This document shows positions 37,941 through 50,919 of a DNA stretch of 64,000 nt, piece by piece. Position numbers and translations under genes: made by a program. This DNA comes from Octopus sinensis. Lineage: Eukaryota. Numbering within the stretch: position 1 is the first letter of the stretch; every line of letters starts with the position of its first letter. The DNA lies in the NCBI RefSeq assembly GCF_006345805.1, contig NC_043024.1, forward strand, positions 15,066,001-15,130,000, given 5' to 3'. The notes under the pieces were generated by a model. It saw only the letters and a program-made list of their open reading frames with translations, searched no databases and was not told where the DNA came from.

Positions 37941-38696
37941 AGGTAATTTTGTCTTAGATATCTCTCCATAATAAAAAAGAGGATGGTCGTAGGTGGAAAG
38001 CATTTGATTGTACATTTGCTCCATAATGGTTGACATGGAATTAAGAAAAAACAATCAAGGAACGACCTTATCCTTTGACTTGAGCTGGCAGAATCGTTAG
38101 AGCGTCGGAAAAAAATGTCCTGCGGTATTTCAGCTCTTCACATTCCAAGTTCAAATCCCACCGAGATCAACTTTGCTTTCATACATCTGGGCTCGATAAA
38201 ACAACGCACCAGTCGAGCAATGGGGCAATATATATTTCTTTATTGCCCACAAGGGGTTAAACATAGAGAGGACGAACAAGGACAGACAAAGGGATTAAGT
38301 CGATTACATCGACCCCAGTGCGAAACTGGTACTTTTATTTATCGACCCCGAAAGGATGAAAGGCAAAGTCGACCTCGGCGGAATTAGCAATGGGTCAATA
38401 TAATCGATTGAAATCATTCCTCTTAAAGAAAAGAAAAGAAATCTCTGGTTTTGAGCATGAATTAGAAGCCGTTACTTAGGATGGGGCCGGACTAAGAAAA
38501 GTTAGCGGGTCGGACAAAATGTTTAGCAGCATTTCTTCCAACTCTTTATGTTGTGAGTTCAAATCCTGCCAAAGTTAACTTTGTCTTTCACTTTTTTTGA
38601 GGTTGATAAAATAGAGTACCAGTTAAGTTCTAGGGTTGATCGTAGCGACTAAATCTCTCTAACTGATGGCTTTGAAACAATTATTTTTATTGTATA

Positions 38697-39135
38697 AGGT
38701 AGCGAGCTGGCAGAATCGTTATCACGCCGGGCAAAACGCTTAGCGCTATTTCGTCTGCCGTTACGTTGTGAGTTCAAATTCCGCCGAGGTCGACTTTACC
38801 TTTCATCCTTTCGGGGTCGATAAATTAAGTACCAGTTTCGCACTGGGGTCGATATAATCGACTTGATACCTATGTCTGTCCATGTTTGTCTCCTCTATGT
38901 TTAGCCCCTTGTGGGTAATAAAGAAATAGGTATTTCGTCTGCCGTTACGTTCTGAGTTCAAATTCTGCCGAAGTCAACTTTGTCTTTCATCCTTTCGGAG
39001 TCGATTAAATAAGTACCAGTTACGTACTGGGGTAGATATAATCGACTTAATCCGTTTGTCTGTCCTTGTTTGTCCCCTCTGTGTTTAGCCCCTTGTGGGT
39101 AGTAAAGAAATAGGTATTTCGTCTGCCGTTTCCAG
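38697..39135 (+). mobile_element. SINE family B (tRNA-like head, gcctttcatcctttcggggtcgataaattaagtacca core), tandem copies
   Basis: The core resembles the Meta/Sauria-type SINE central domain (from memory). Other copies at 4075-4307, 38215-38385, 40690-41146, 45620-45778, 46595-46750 and 54700-54886 (all minus strand). Confidence 0.75.
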
Positions 39136-39597
39136 AGATAATTTTTCCAGAGATACATGATTATCGAGATAAAGTTTGAAAAGCGAAAATACATCGTAAT
39201 TTACAACAACTGAAACGTATCTCTTCAAAATCTTATTAAAAAGTGTGTATTTCCGGGGGGGGGGTGTGTGGCGGAAATGATCCTAAAAAAAACCCCTGTC
39301 TTTTTCAATAATCCTTCCTCGATATAATCACAATCTATCCAACTTCAAACATTTCTGGAAAATTTTATCAAAAGATATTTACTTTAAAGAAAGCAATAAA
39401 AAACAAAATCGGCGGGTTGGGGCCCGCTTCTGTAGTTATGCCGTATAATCTTCGCAACCTTTGGTGAATGTAGGATGTACCTTTTATATGGTTACTTTCG
39501 TTTTGTACAGGATATCATTGTTTATGTACAGATTCAGCAATTTTATCGAAAATCTTTTACCTTTTTGTTACTATACTTCTAATATATGTTTCAGTGA

Positions 39598-39925
39598 AGG
39601 CGCGTGGCTCAGTGGTTAGAGCGTCAAGCTTACGATCGTGAGCTCGAATCCCGGACCGGACTGCGTGTTGTGTTCTTGAGCAAGACACTTTATTTCACAT
39701 TGCTCCAGTTCACTCACCTGTAGAAATAAGTTGCGATGTCACAGGTGCCAAGCTGTATCGGCCCCTTTGCCTTTCCCTTGGATAACACTGGTGGCGTGGA
39801 GAGGGGAGGCTGGTATGCATGGGTGACTGCTGGTCTTCCATAAAAACAACCTTGCCCAGACTTGTGCCTGGGAGGGTAACTCTCTAGGTACAAGCCCATG
39901 GTCAGTGTCTGACCGAAGGGGGGTC
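39598..39925 (+). mobile_element. SINE family C (tRNA head ggcgcgtggctcagtggttagagc)
   Basis: A/B boxes and a gttcttgagcaagacactttatttcac core. Copies at 31322-31650 (-) and 31705-32040 (-), heads at 2477-2578 (+) and 4715-4851 (-). Confidence 0.75.
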
Positions 39926-40435
39926 ACAACAATAATATGTTTCAATTAAATTCTAAAAATAATTGTGAATGAAGAATGATTTATAAAATAACTATAACTT
40001 TTTTGATATTTGTTGAAATATTTAAGCCAGGGCTTCTCAACCATTTTTTTTATCTATGGACCCCTTTGATTACGATTTTATTCTGGTGGACCCCAAAACC
40101 ATTCGATATTTAAAAACTAGTTTTATCAAAATTCCTGCTTTGTTTTTCACTCATTAACCTGTGTAAGTTGAACGATGTAGAATGTTAGAGAAAGAAACCT
40201 CGCTGTTTCATTTAAAGCAAGTTTTTTTCAGGGGCCCTTAAAATACTATTGTGGAACCCCCAATTTACCATTTTGTTGCATGGACCCCACAAAATTTTAT
40301 GTGGACCTTGGTTGAGAAGCATAGATTTAAGCCCTGTTTCGCATATAGCTTAAAAGGATAATCTTTCAGTATATGGTATTTAAAAAATAAATAGAAATTT
40401 AATTAGGTTCTCATACCTAAATAACGGTATATGTG

Positions 40436-40600
40436 CATCAGGAGAACTTTGTAGATCCGACAAATAACGACGTCCATACGAAAAAATGTGGAGAATATAT
40501 GAATGCGGGTAAAGAGAAAATTACGATGGCAATTTGGAATGTCAGACAATTTATTCGTTTCATATTTACACGAGTTTATATGGAGGAATTCTGTGCCAAA
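40436..40600 (+). pseudogene. Merlin/IS1016 (IS1595-type DDE) transposase C-terminal relic
   Basis: HQENFVDPTNNDVHT then, after one frameshift, NVENI*MRVKRKLRWQFGMSDNLFVSYLHEFIWR; matches the H.ENFVDP..HTQ.IE..W....SYL.EF.WR pattern. Confidence 0.7.
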
Positions 40601-41406
40601 GAAAAAGACTCTTGTTCACTCTTGTTGAATATAGCCAGTCTACGTTAACAGTAAGTTGATTCATTTATGTCCCCTTGTTATTATTTTTATTTCTTTATTG
40701 CCCACACAATGCTAAACATACAGGGGACAAACAAGGACAGACAAAGGAATTAAGTCGATTATATCGACCCCAGTGCATAACTGGTACTTATTTAACCGCC
40801 CCCGAAAGGATGAAAGGCAAAGTTGACCTTGGCGAGATTTGAACACAGAACGTAACGGCAGATGAAATACCTATTTCTTTACTACCCACAAGGGGCTAAA
40901 CATAGAGAGGACAAACAAGGACAGACAAACGGATTAAGTTGATTATATGTTTCAATTAAATTCTAAAAATAATCGTGAATGAAGACATGATTTATACCAG
41001 AGCATAACTGGTACTTATTTAATCGACCCCGAAAGGATGAAAGGCAAAGTCGACCTTGGCGAGATTTGAACTCAGAACGTAACGGCAGACGAACTACTGC
41101 TAAGCATTTCGCCCAGCGTGCTAATGTTTCTGCCTGCTCGCCACCTTCTCTTTGTTATTTCCCCTTTAATTTTCATTTGTAAAATAAAATTAAGTTTTTT
41201 TCTCATTGCTTTTTTAAAAAATAAAAACATTTTCGAGGCTCTATAACGTTTTCATTTTCGTATCCAGTGGTAAACTGGAGTTTCTTTGACAGCATTTTCC
41301 TCTGTGATAGTAACAGAAGCTTCCAACTGTTAAAGTTACATAACTTTAAATGCTTGTAACTTCATTATTATTGGGCCGACAAAAGCCTTGGTAAGAAGCC
41401 TGTTGC

Positions 41407-41440
<34 letters not shown>

Positions 41441-41442
<2 letters not shown>

Positions 41443-42087
41443 GGAGTAAACACATAAATGTGAAACAAGGTGGAAAAAAGAGTACTCAAATACCAGTGGT
41501 AGAGTAATATGCTTTATTTAAAGCAGCAGAAAATTCAACAAAACCTGTTACTTTGAGTTTCACGTTCCCGTTCGTCGGACAGTTTTTGCTAGAATAGAAC
41601 CGATATGTCAATTCTATCAAGACTAGTATAAACGCTACACCTTTAAAAATGGACTTGTTTGATTGGTCCTTTACAAAACTTTGTATGTTGATGTATATAT
41701 GTATAGTTTAATATGAATATGTACTGTTGTGTAATATTTTAATGCATTTTAACATTTTATTTTCAATTTCTATGTATTAATTATATTTCCTTTATTAATG
41801 ACAATATGTATTTTAACCAAAGATTCGATGTAAGGTTTTTTCCTCGAATTTTACAATTTTTTATATATATATATATATTTTTTGAGCTCATTTTTGTTTA
41901 TCGCTCGAAAATTGACCGTTATTTGTAAAGGACCAATCAAACAAGTCCATTTTTAAAGGTGTAGCGTTTATACTAGTCTGGATAGAATTGACATATCGGT
42001 TCTATTCTAGCAAAAACTGTCCGACGAACGGGAACGTGAAACTCAGAGTAACAGGTTTTGTTGAATTTTTTGCTGCTTTAAATAAAG
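41441..42087. mobile_element. P1 Penelope-like inverted pLTR pair with ~165-bp arms and variant hammerheads (CCGACGA core)
   Basis: 41512-41675 is the reverse complement of 41925-42087. The motif reads aaaactgt CCGACGA acg ggaa cgt GAAA ctcagag TA acagg; both ends lie in (TA)n. Confidence 0.7.
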
Positions 42088-42095
42088 TATATATA

Positions 42096-42129
<34 letters not shown>

Positions 42130-42216
42130 CGAGAGAGAGAGAGAGAGAGAGAGAGATCTATAATCTATATATATATATAGATATATATATATATTATATA
42201 TATATATATTATATGT

Positions 42217-42255
<39 letters not shown>

Positions 42256-43672
42256 CTTTGTGTCTGTGTTTGTTCCCAGTCACCGTTTGACAACCAGTGT
42301 TGGTTTGATTACATCCCTGTACTTTAGTCGTTTTCCTCAAGAGACCAATAGAACAAGTACTAGGCTTAATTTCTGGGGATGATTTGTTCAACTAAAAACC
42401 CTTCAAGGCAGTGCCCCAGCATGGCCACAGTCAAATGACTGAAACAAGTAAAAGAAGAACAATATGGTGAAAATTTGAAATACTTCAAGTGGTTAGAAGT
42501 AATTTAAAAAGATTTTAAAAGATTTTGCTGTTTATATATAGAGGGATACATTAAAAATCAGATTGACTCTTGCTTGCTTGCTTGCAATGTTACCCAGCCA
42601 AATTGGCACATAATGGGAAAATACTTTGACATAAGTCTCCCCTGAAAGGTAAATATGAATGGAATGAAATAAATTTCACATAAATCAAATAAGTTGTTAT
42701 GAAAATATTAAGGGTTTTCAGGGTTTCAAACTAATGCAGACCCCTAGTTAGTATACATTGTCAAGTATTGCCACTTTTTCCTCCTAGATGGTGTTGTTTT
42801 ATCTGAAGAACTATTAATATGGCTTAGGAGTGGCTGTGTGTTAAGAAGTTTGTTTCCCAACCACATGGTTTTGGGTTCAGACCCACTGTGTGACACCTTG
42901 GGCAAGTGTCTTCTATTATAGCCACAGGCCAACCAAGGCTTTAAAGCACCTTTCGAGTGTTGGGCCTCACGGAGGCAATGTGGCTGATGCTTGTGTCGCG
43001 TAAAACGCACCTTTTGAATGTTGGGCCTCACAGACGCAATGACAAATGACCAAGACCTCTGACAATCTGCTGTGCTTGACAAGAAGACCCAAGAGCCCAA
43101 GTGAAATCATAGTCATGACAGATACTGGTGTCATGCAACTAGCACCCATTACACTCTCAGAGTGGTTGGCGTTAGGAAGGGTGCCCAGCCGTAGAAACCA
43201 TGTCAAATCAGACTGGAGTCTGGTATAGTCCCTCAGTGTACCAACCCTGATCAAACCGTCCAGCCCATGGACAACAGATGTTAAATGATGATGATATATA
43301 TATATGATAAGCTCCTTTCAGTTTCCATATGTGTATGTATGTATGTATCGTGCCGGTGGCACGTAAAAAGCACCATCCGTTCATGGCCGTTGCCAGCCTT
43401 GTCTGGCTCTCGTGCAGGTGGCACGTAAAAAGCACCATCCGATCGTGGCCGTTTGCCAGCTTCGTCTGGCACCTGTGCCAGTGGCACGTAAAAAGCACCC
43501 ACTACACTCACGGAGTGGTTGGCGTTAGGAAGGGCATCCAGCCGTAGAAACATTGCCAGAACAGACTGGGCCTGGTGCAGCCTTCTGGCTTCCCAGACCC
43601 CAGTTGAACCGTCCAACCCATGCTAGCATGGAAAGCAGATGCTAAACGATGATGATGATGATGATGATATAT

Positions 43673-44378
43673 ACTAGATTGCCCGTGGTCCGTTGGGTCA
43701 GAGGGAAAGTCTGAGATTCCCAGCAATGGAGTTTTGTTATTTCATATGCTTTCAGTGAATGTGACATCCAAATTACACATAAGCGGCACCTTTCCCCAGA
43801 AAAAGGAAGATATTGGCTGCTATTTCTTGCACACCCTGCTGCCACATGACAAGTATTTTGGGTCCTTTATCATGAATAGCAGTTATGTGGTAATAGGGCA
43901 TGCTAGAAATAGCAGCCAAATCTTTGGAAGTGAGATATGTTGCATGCACTTGAAAAAACCTATGGAAAAAATTATTTCACTCTGTTACAAAAATACTTTA
44001 AAGAAAAAATTAAAACAAAAATAGTTATTGTACAAACAACTTACATATTTGAAATCACATTCTCTTAAAAATATTTCTAAATGATTATTTACTGTAAAAA
44101 AAACAAATTGTATTTTTTTGTTGTCAAGTCACTGTCTATTTCCTTCAGGATTAAGTTAATTTCGGAGACTTTTCCCATTACGCCTAATTTTGGGTACTTA
44201 TACCCTGGAAACCCTTAATATCTTCATAACCACTTATCTGATTTATGTGAAATTTATTTAATTCCGTTCATATTTACCTTTCAGGAGAGACTTATGTCAA
44301 AGTATTTTCCCATTATGTGCCAATTTGGCTGGGTAACATTGCAAGCAAGCAAGCAAGAGTCAATCTGATTTTTAATGT
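43673..44378 (-). mobile_element. Second Helitron-like element, head-to-head with 44379-44739
   Basis: actag terminus at 43673, (gcaa)n near the other end, and a homologous inverted segment at 42531-42724. Confidence 0.45.
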
Positions 44379-44739
44379 ATCTCTCTACATATAAACTGTA
44401 AAATGTCTGTGTGTGTGTCCTTTAAACAAATCCACAATTTTTCAGTTAGAGGGCTCGCACTTTCTATGGTCATTCAAAACTGTCCAAGGGTAGTTGTGCA
44501 CATCTTTACATTCCCCTAGTCACCCAGCAAAGCCATTAAAAAATCAATAGAAGTGACTTTTTTGTGAATTTTCTATCCAAAACCCAATCAAAATGCCCGA
44601 AACTTGATACGCCAATTGAATGCCAGCTAGCTGTATGTGATTGGTCAGAGATTTGGACAGTACTCGCATGTATGTGTGCACGCAGCTGCATATGCATGCA
44701 CTAGCACTATGACCCGGCAACGCCGGGTCATAGTGCTAG
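44379..44739 (+). mobile_element. Non-autonomous Helitron with a perfect 19-bp-arm terminal hairpin ending CTAG|T
   Basis: 5' aTCtctctacatataaa; 3' actagcactatgacccggc-aac-gccgggtcatagtgctagt. Confidence 0.65.
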
Positions 44740-44924
44740 TTTTATATATATATATATATTATATATATATATATATATATACACACATGCATATTCTTTT
44801 ACTTGTTTGAGTCATTTGACTGCGGCCAAGCTGGAGCACTACCTTAAAGGGTTTTTTTAGTCAAAGAAATTTACCTTAGCATTTATTCTTTGTAAGCCTG
44901 ACACTTATTGTATATATATATATA

Positions 44925-45850
44925 TAAGAAAACTAGAGAGTTTAAATATTAGCATTAATAATCCCTAATTAAATATTAATAATCCCCACAATTGTTTTGA
45001 TTCATACTCAAAATAAGACAAAAATTACATATTAGATGTTTGATATCCTTAAACAGACTGAATTAATCAATATCAAAACAATTGTTGGGATTATTAATAT
45101 TTATATAATACTCTTTTACTCTCTTTTCATTGTTTCAGTCATTTGACTGCGGCCATGCTGGAGCACCGCCTTCAGTCGAGCAAATCGACCCCGGGACTTA
45201 TTCTTTGTAAGCCCAGTACTTATTTTATCGGTCTCTTTTGCCGAACCGCTAAGTGACGGGGACGTAAACACACCAGCATCGGTTGTCAAGTAATGCTAGG
45301 AGGACAAACACAGACACACAAACATACGCACATATATATATTTATACATATATACAACGGGCTTCTTTCAGTTTCCGTCTACCAAATCCACTCACAAGGC
45401 ATTGGTCGGCCCGGGGCTATAGCAGAAGACACTTGCCCAAGATGCCGCGCAGTGGGACTGAACCCGGAACCATGTGGTTGGTTAGCAAGCTACTTACCAC
45501 ATAGCCACTCCTGCGTTAATGATAACGATAATATAATATTATGTTAATAAATAAACATATGTCAGTTTAAACTCTCCATTTTCATTTTATTATTTTTGTA
45601 TATTGTATATATATATATATACAAAGGGATTAGTCGATTATATCGACCCAATGTATAACTGGTACTTAATTATCGACCCCGAAAGGATGAAAGGCAAAGT
45701 CGACCTTGGCGGAATTTGAACTCAGAACATAGCGGCAGACGAAATACTGCTACGCATTTCGCCCGGCGTGCTAACGATTATATATAAAAATATATATATA
45801 TTATATATATATATATACTATATATATATATATTAAAAATATATATATAT

Positions 45851-45884
<34 letters not shown>

Positions 45885-46783
45885 ATATATATATAAGAAA
45901 ACTAGAGAGTTTAAATATTAGCATTAATAATCCCTAATTAAATATTAATAATCCCCACAATTGTTTTGATTCATACTCAAAATAAGACAAAAATTACATA
46001 TTAGATGTTTGATATCCTTAAACAGACTGAATTAATCAATATCAAAACAATTGTTGGGATTATTAATATTTATATAATACTCTTTTACTCTCTTTTCATT
46101 GTTTCAGTCATTTGACTGCGGCCATGCTGGAGCACCGCCTTCAGTCGAGCAAATCGACCCCGGGACTTATTCTTTGTAAGCCCAGTACTTATTCTATCGG
46201 TCTCTTTTGCCGAACCGCTAAGTGACGGGGACGTAAACACACCAGCATCGGTTGTCAAGTAATGCTAGGAGGACAAACACAGACACACAAACATACACAC
46301 ATATATATATATTTATACATATATACAACGGGCTTCTTTCAGTTTCCGTCTACCAAATCCACTCACAAGGCATTGGTCGGCCCGGGGCTATAGCAGAAGA
46401 CACTTGCCCAAGATGCCGCGCAGTGGGACTGAACCCGGAACCATGTGGTTGGTTAGCAAGCTACTTACCACATAGCCACTCCTGCGTTAATGATAACGAT
46501 AATATAATATTATGTTAATAAATAAACATATGTCAGTTTAAACTCTCCATTTTCATTTTATTATTTTTGTATATTGTATATATATATATATACAAAGGGA
46601 TTAAGTCGATTATATCGACCCAATGTATAACTGGTACTTAATTTATCGACCCCGAAAGGATGAAAGGCAAAGTCGACCTTGGCGGAATTTGAACTCAGAA
46701 CATAGCGGCAGACGAAATACTGCTACGCATTTCGCCCGGCGTGCTAACGATTATATATAAAAATATATATATATATATATATA

Positions 46784-46850
<67 letters not shown>
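44925..46850. repeat. ~970-bp near-identical tandem duplication containing two SINEs per unit
   Basis: 44931 corresponds to 45900; boundaries lie in (TA)n. Confidence 0.85.
45110..45515 (-). mobile_element. SINE family A (duplicated at 46079-46486)
   Basis: Lies within the ~970-bp tandem duplication. Confidence 0.85.
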
Positions 46851-47653
46851 AGTTTAGAGAAGAAGAAACGAAACGAAACCAAACGAATCGAATCGAATCG
46901 ACGCGAAGGCGCTCAGTCATACGATAGTGTAATAAATAAAATATATGCATACATACAAACATATATGTACGTACCTACATCTACATGTATATATACATGC
47001 ATATATAAATATATATACGTGTGTACAGGACACCACAAATAGATGTAGAACTCAACGAGAAACGAAAACGAAAAAACAGAGTACAAGACAACTACACAAG
47101 GAAAAATCCCCTTCATCAGCCATCTCTGATAGGCTTCTTTCACTTTCTGTTTACCAAATCCACTCACAAGGCTTTGGTCAGCCTGGGGCTATAGTAGGAG
47201 ACACACTTGTCCAAAGTGCCATGCAGTGGGACTGAACCCAGAACCATGTGGTTGGGAAACCAACTTCTTACCACAGAGCCATGCCTGTGCCTATTATTTA
47301 ATAATTCACCAAGAACGACTCACTACTCCGTCCCTAAACTTCTGATGATGACAGTGGCTGAAGACTACTTATTAAAAATGTAAACGAGCATGTCTAGACA
47401 CAACTGTTTTGCATAATAGTATAGGAAGGACAGCAATTAACTTGAAGACCAACATTGTACAGCTATTGAATAAATAAATATATGGACCTGTATTTAGTGT
47501 TACTGCGAAATCAGGTTAGAGGACAGGTGAGGTGAGGTAACCAGCAGTAGAAGTTGTTGTCATATATAATAAATTGATCTGTTTAATTTGGATTCGTATG
47601 TTCTGAGATCAACCACCACTATAGGCAGTTTTGCCTTTTATTCTTCTGGGGCC

Positions 47654-47685
<32 letters not shown>

Positions 47686-48083
47686 TGTTTAGCGTCCGCT
47701 TTCCATGCTAGCATGGGTTGGACGATTTGACTGAGGACTGGCGAACCAGATGGCTGCACCTGGCTCCAATCTTAATCTGACAGAGTTTCTACTGCTGGAT
47801 GCCCTTCCTAATGCCAACCACTCCGAGAGTGTAGTGGGTGCTTTTACGTGCCACTGGTACGAAGGCCAGTCAGGTGGTACTGGCAACGGCCATGCTCAAA
47901 TGGTGTTTTTTACATACCACCTGCACAGGTGCCAGTCAGACAGCACTGGCATCGGCCTTGACTATGATTTCACTCGGCTCAGCAGGTATTCACAAGCACA
48001 CCATATCGCCCAACATTTGAAGGGTGCTTTTAACAGGCCATTTAAAACTGGTATCGGTCATGACTACGATCTCACTTGACTTA

Positions 48084-48118
<35 letters not shown>

Positions 48119-48430
48119 ATCAAAGTAAGCAACAAGAATGTCTCTGGTAATTTGGTACGATCGTTTCGTACTACATCATTTTATTAAATGTTGTAAGTAT
48201 TACAACAGATTTAAGATGCTGAGTACTCATCAGCCAATTATAGAGGTTTTCCATTAATACAAACATTTTCAAATCCAGTGGCAACATTATAGAGAAGTTA
48301 GCTATATAGACAAAGATGTGGATTTAAATGTTAAGAACATATGAGGTAGTAGAGTCCACTGACTAGTCATTAAATATAGTGCTTTAGTGGCTTTTAGTGT
48401 TAATTTAACTCTTAATTTAACGTAAGTGAT

Positions 48431-48824
48431 AGGCGCAGGAGTGGCTGTGTGGTAAGTAGCTTGCTTACCAACCACATGGTTCTAGGTTCATTCCCACTGC
48501 GTGGCACCTTGGCCAAGTGTCTTCTACTATAGCCTCGGGCTAACCAAAGCCTTGTGAGTGGATTTGGTAGATGGAAACTGAAAGAAGCCCCTTCGTATAT
48601 ATGTATATGTGTGTGTATATGTTTATGTGTCTGTGTTTGTCCCCCCAACATTACTTGACAACTTATGCTGGTGTGTTTATGTCCCTGTAACTCAGCAGTT
48701 CTGCAAAAGAGACCAATAGAATAAGTACTAGACTTACAAAGTCCTGGGGTTGATTTGTTCAACTAAAGGCGGTGCTCTAGCTTGGCCGCAGTCAAATGAC
48801 TGAAACAAGTAAAAGAATAAAAGA
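48431..48824 (+). mobile_element. SINE family A
   Basis: Same organisation. Confidence 0.85.
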
Positions 48825-49683
48825 AAATCAGAACCCTCCATCACTTTTGTGACCCCTGTTAATTTCGCCTTCAGCTTCTAATTTCTAATAAGCCACCCTT
48901 TTTAATTTGTTGTTTACACTTTTACTGTTTTGAAAATCAGCAAATGATTTCAACAGAAGAGAAGAGAGAAAAGTAGAAATACACACACACACACACTCTT
49001 ACACACACACACACACACACACCACATATATATATATATATATGTATATATCATCATTGATTAGGTCTTATATAACCGAATATCACTCCCTCCACCCCTA
49101 CATATAAACAGACACATTGCTATATAATTCAACACTCATGTAGCAAATAACATGTAGCACACATACAGACACTCCACCGAAATCTCTAAAAATAATTCCC
49201 AATTTCATATTGAAACTATGCTATCGTCATTATGGAACCAAATATTTTTTTCAAAAAATATCAAAATATTTTCATATTTCTACCACAATCTCATCATTTT
49301 ATTGCAAATATAAAGAGCTTTCATTTATCAGGATAATCTAAATTTGAAAATTCGCAAACTGTGACAGCTGGAATTAATACCTGCTGACTGCATCATCTCA
49401 GTGATTAAGATGGTTTAATTTTGCATTGCAGAAATTCTAAAAAATTTATATTTTATTATCATTTTGAAAGAATTTTGTTATATTTATGGAAACCTGTTTA
49501 ATTCTTAATTAAACATGACTCAAATAATTTAACTGCGAAATTAGAAAATTCAAAATGATTGGTGGAATGGTTTTGTTTTGTTTGATTTATTTTCTCTTTC
49601 CTCTTGTCCAATTTTATCCAAAATGAAGACAGACTCTGAAAGCCATTTATATATAATATATATATGTACACCCCCCCCACACA

Positions 49684-49737
<54 letters not shown>

Positions 49738-49870
49738 CATACATAGATAGGTATATGAATGCACCTGCATGTGGGCATATGTGTTTGTGTATGTATGTAT
49801 ATATGTATAATATATATATAACATAATACATAATTATATTTAGGTACTTTATATTCTATATATATATAAT

Positions 49871-50285
49871 AGGTGCAGGCGTGGCTGTGTGGTAAGAAGC
49901 TTGCTTCCGAACCACATGGTTATGGGTTCAGTCTCACTGTGTGGTACTTTGGGCAAGTGTCTTCTACTATAGCCTTGGGCCAACTAAAGCCTTGTGAGTG
50001 GATTTGGTTGGCAGAACCTGAAAGAAGTCAGTCACACACACACACACGCACATATATATGTATATGTATGTGTGTCTGTGTTTATCCCCACACCATCGCT
50101 TGACAACCGATGCTGGTGTGTTTACATCCCCGTAACTTAGTGGCTTGGCAAAACAGACTGATAGGATAAGTACTAGGCTTACAAAGAACAAATCCTGGGA
50201 TCGATGTGTTCAACTAAGGGTGGTGCTCCAGCAGAGCCACAGTCAAAATGACCGAAACAAGTAAAAAGGTAAAAGAATAAAAGAA
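49871..50285 (+). mobile_element. SINE family A
   Basis: Same organisation. Confidence 0.85.
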
Positions 50286-50919
50286 TATATACATTTGTGA
50301 AGGCATGTAGCTTAGTGGTTAGGGCATTTGGCTCATGATTGTAAGGTCGCGAGTTCAATTTCCGGCAACGTGTTGTGTACTTGGACAAGACACTTTATTT
50401 CACGTTGCTCCAGTCTGCTCAACTGGCAAAAATGAGTAGTACCTGTATTTCACATGGCCAGCCCTGTCACACTGAACCTCCCTGAGAACTACATTAAAGG
50501 TACACATGTCTGTGGAGTGCTCAGCCACTTGCATGTTAATTTCACGAGCAAGCTGTTCCGTTGATTGTATCAACTGGGACCCTTGTTGTAAGTGACGGAA
50601 TGCTCCCAATTACACTGGCAAAAATAAATTTAAGACCGATGATAAAAGTTCTGTTTCTTACAAAATATTTTGTTACTAACACCATACAAATTATTTTCTA
50701 TCTTTTACACATTATGCAGAATTTATTTCTTTTTCGAATGATGCAGGCAATAACTATTATCAAACAACTTGAAGAATTCTGATGCTAAATTAATATAAAC
50801 GTTTCAAATTTACCGGCAAAATTAGTTTAAGACCATCTTATATGTATGCAAATGTTTTTGCCAAAATGGGTGGTCACACAACTAGCCTAACTGCACTATA
50901 TAGTGTTAGAATTTAACAT

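Noticed and set aside
39598-39670. tRNA-like sequences at SINE heads
   Set aside because: A/B boxes run directly into SINE bodies and no complete cloverleaf is evident; not called as tRNA genes.
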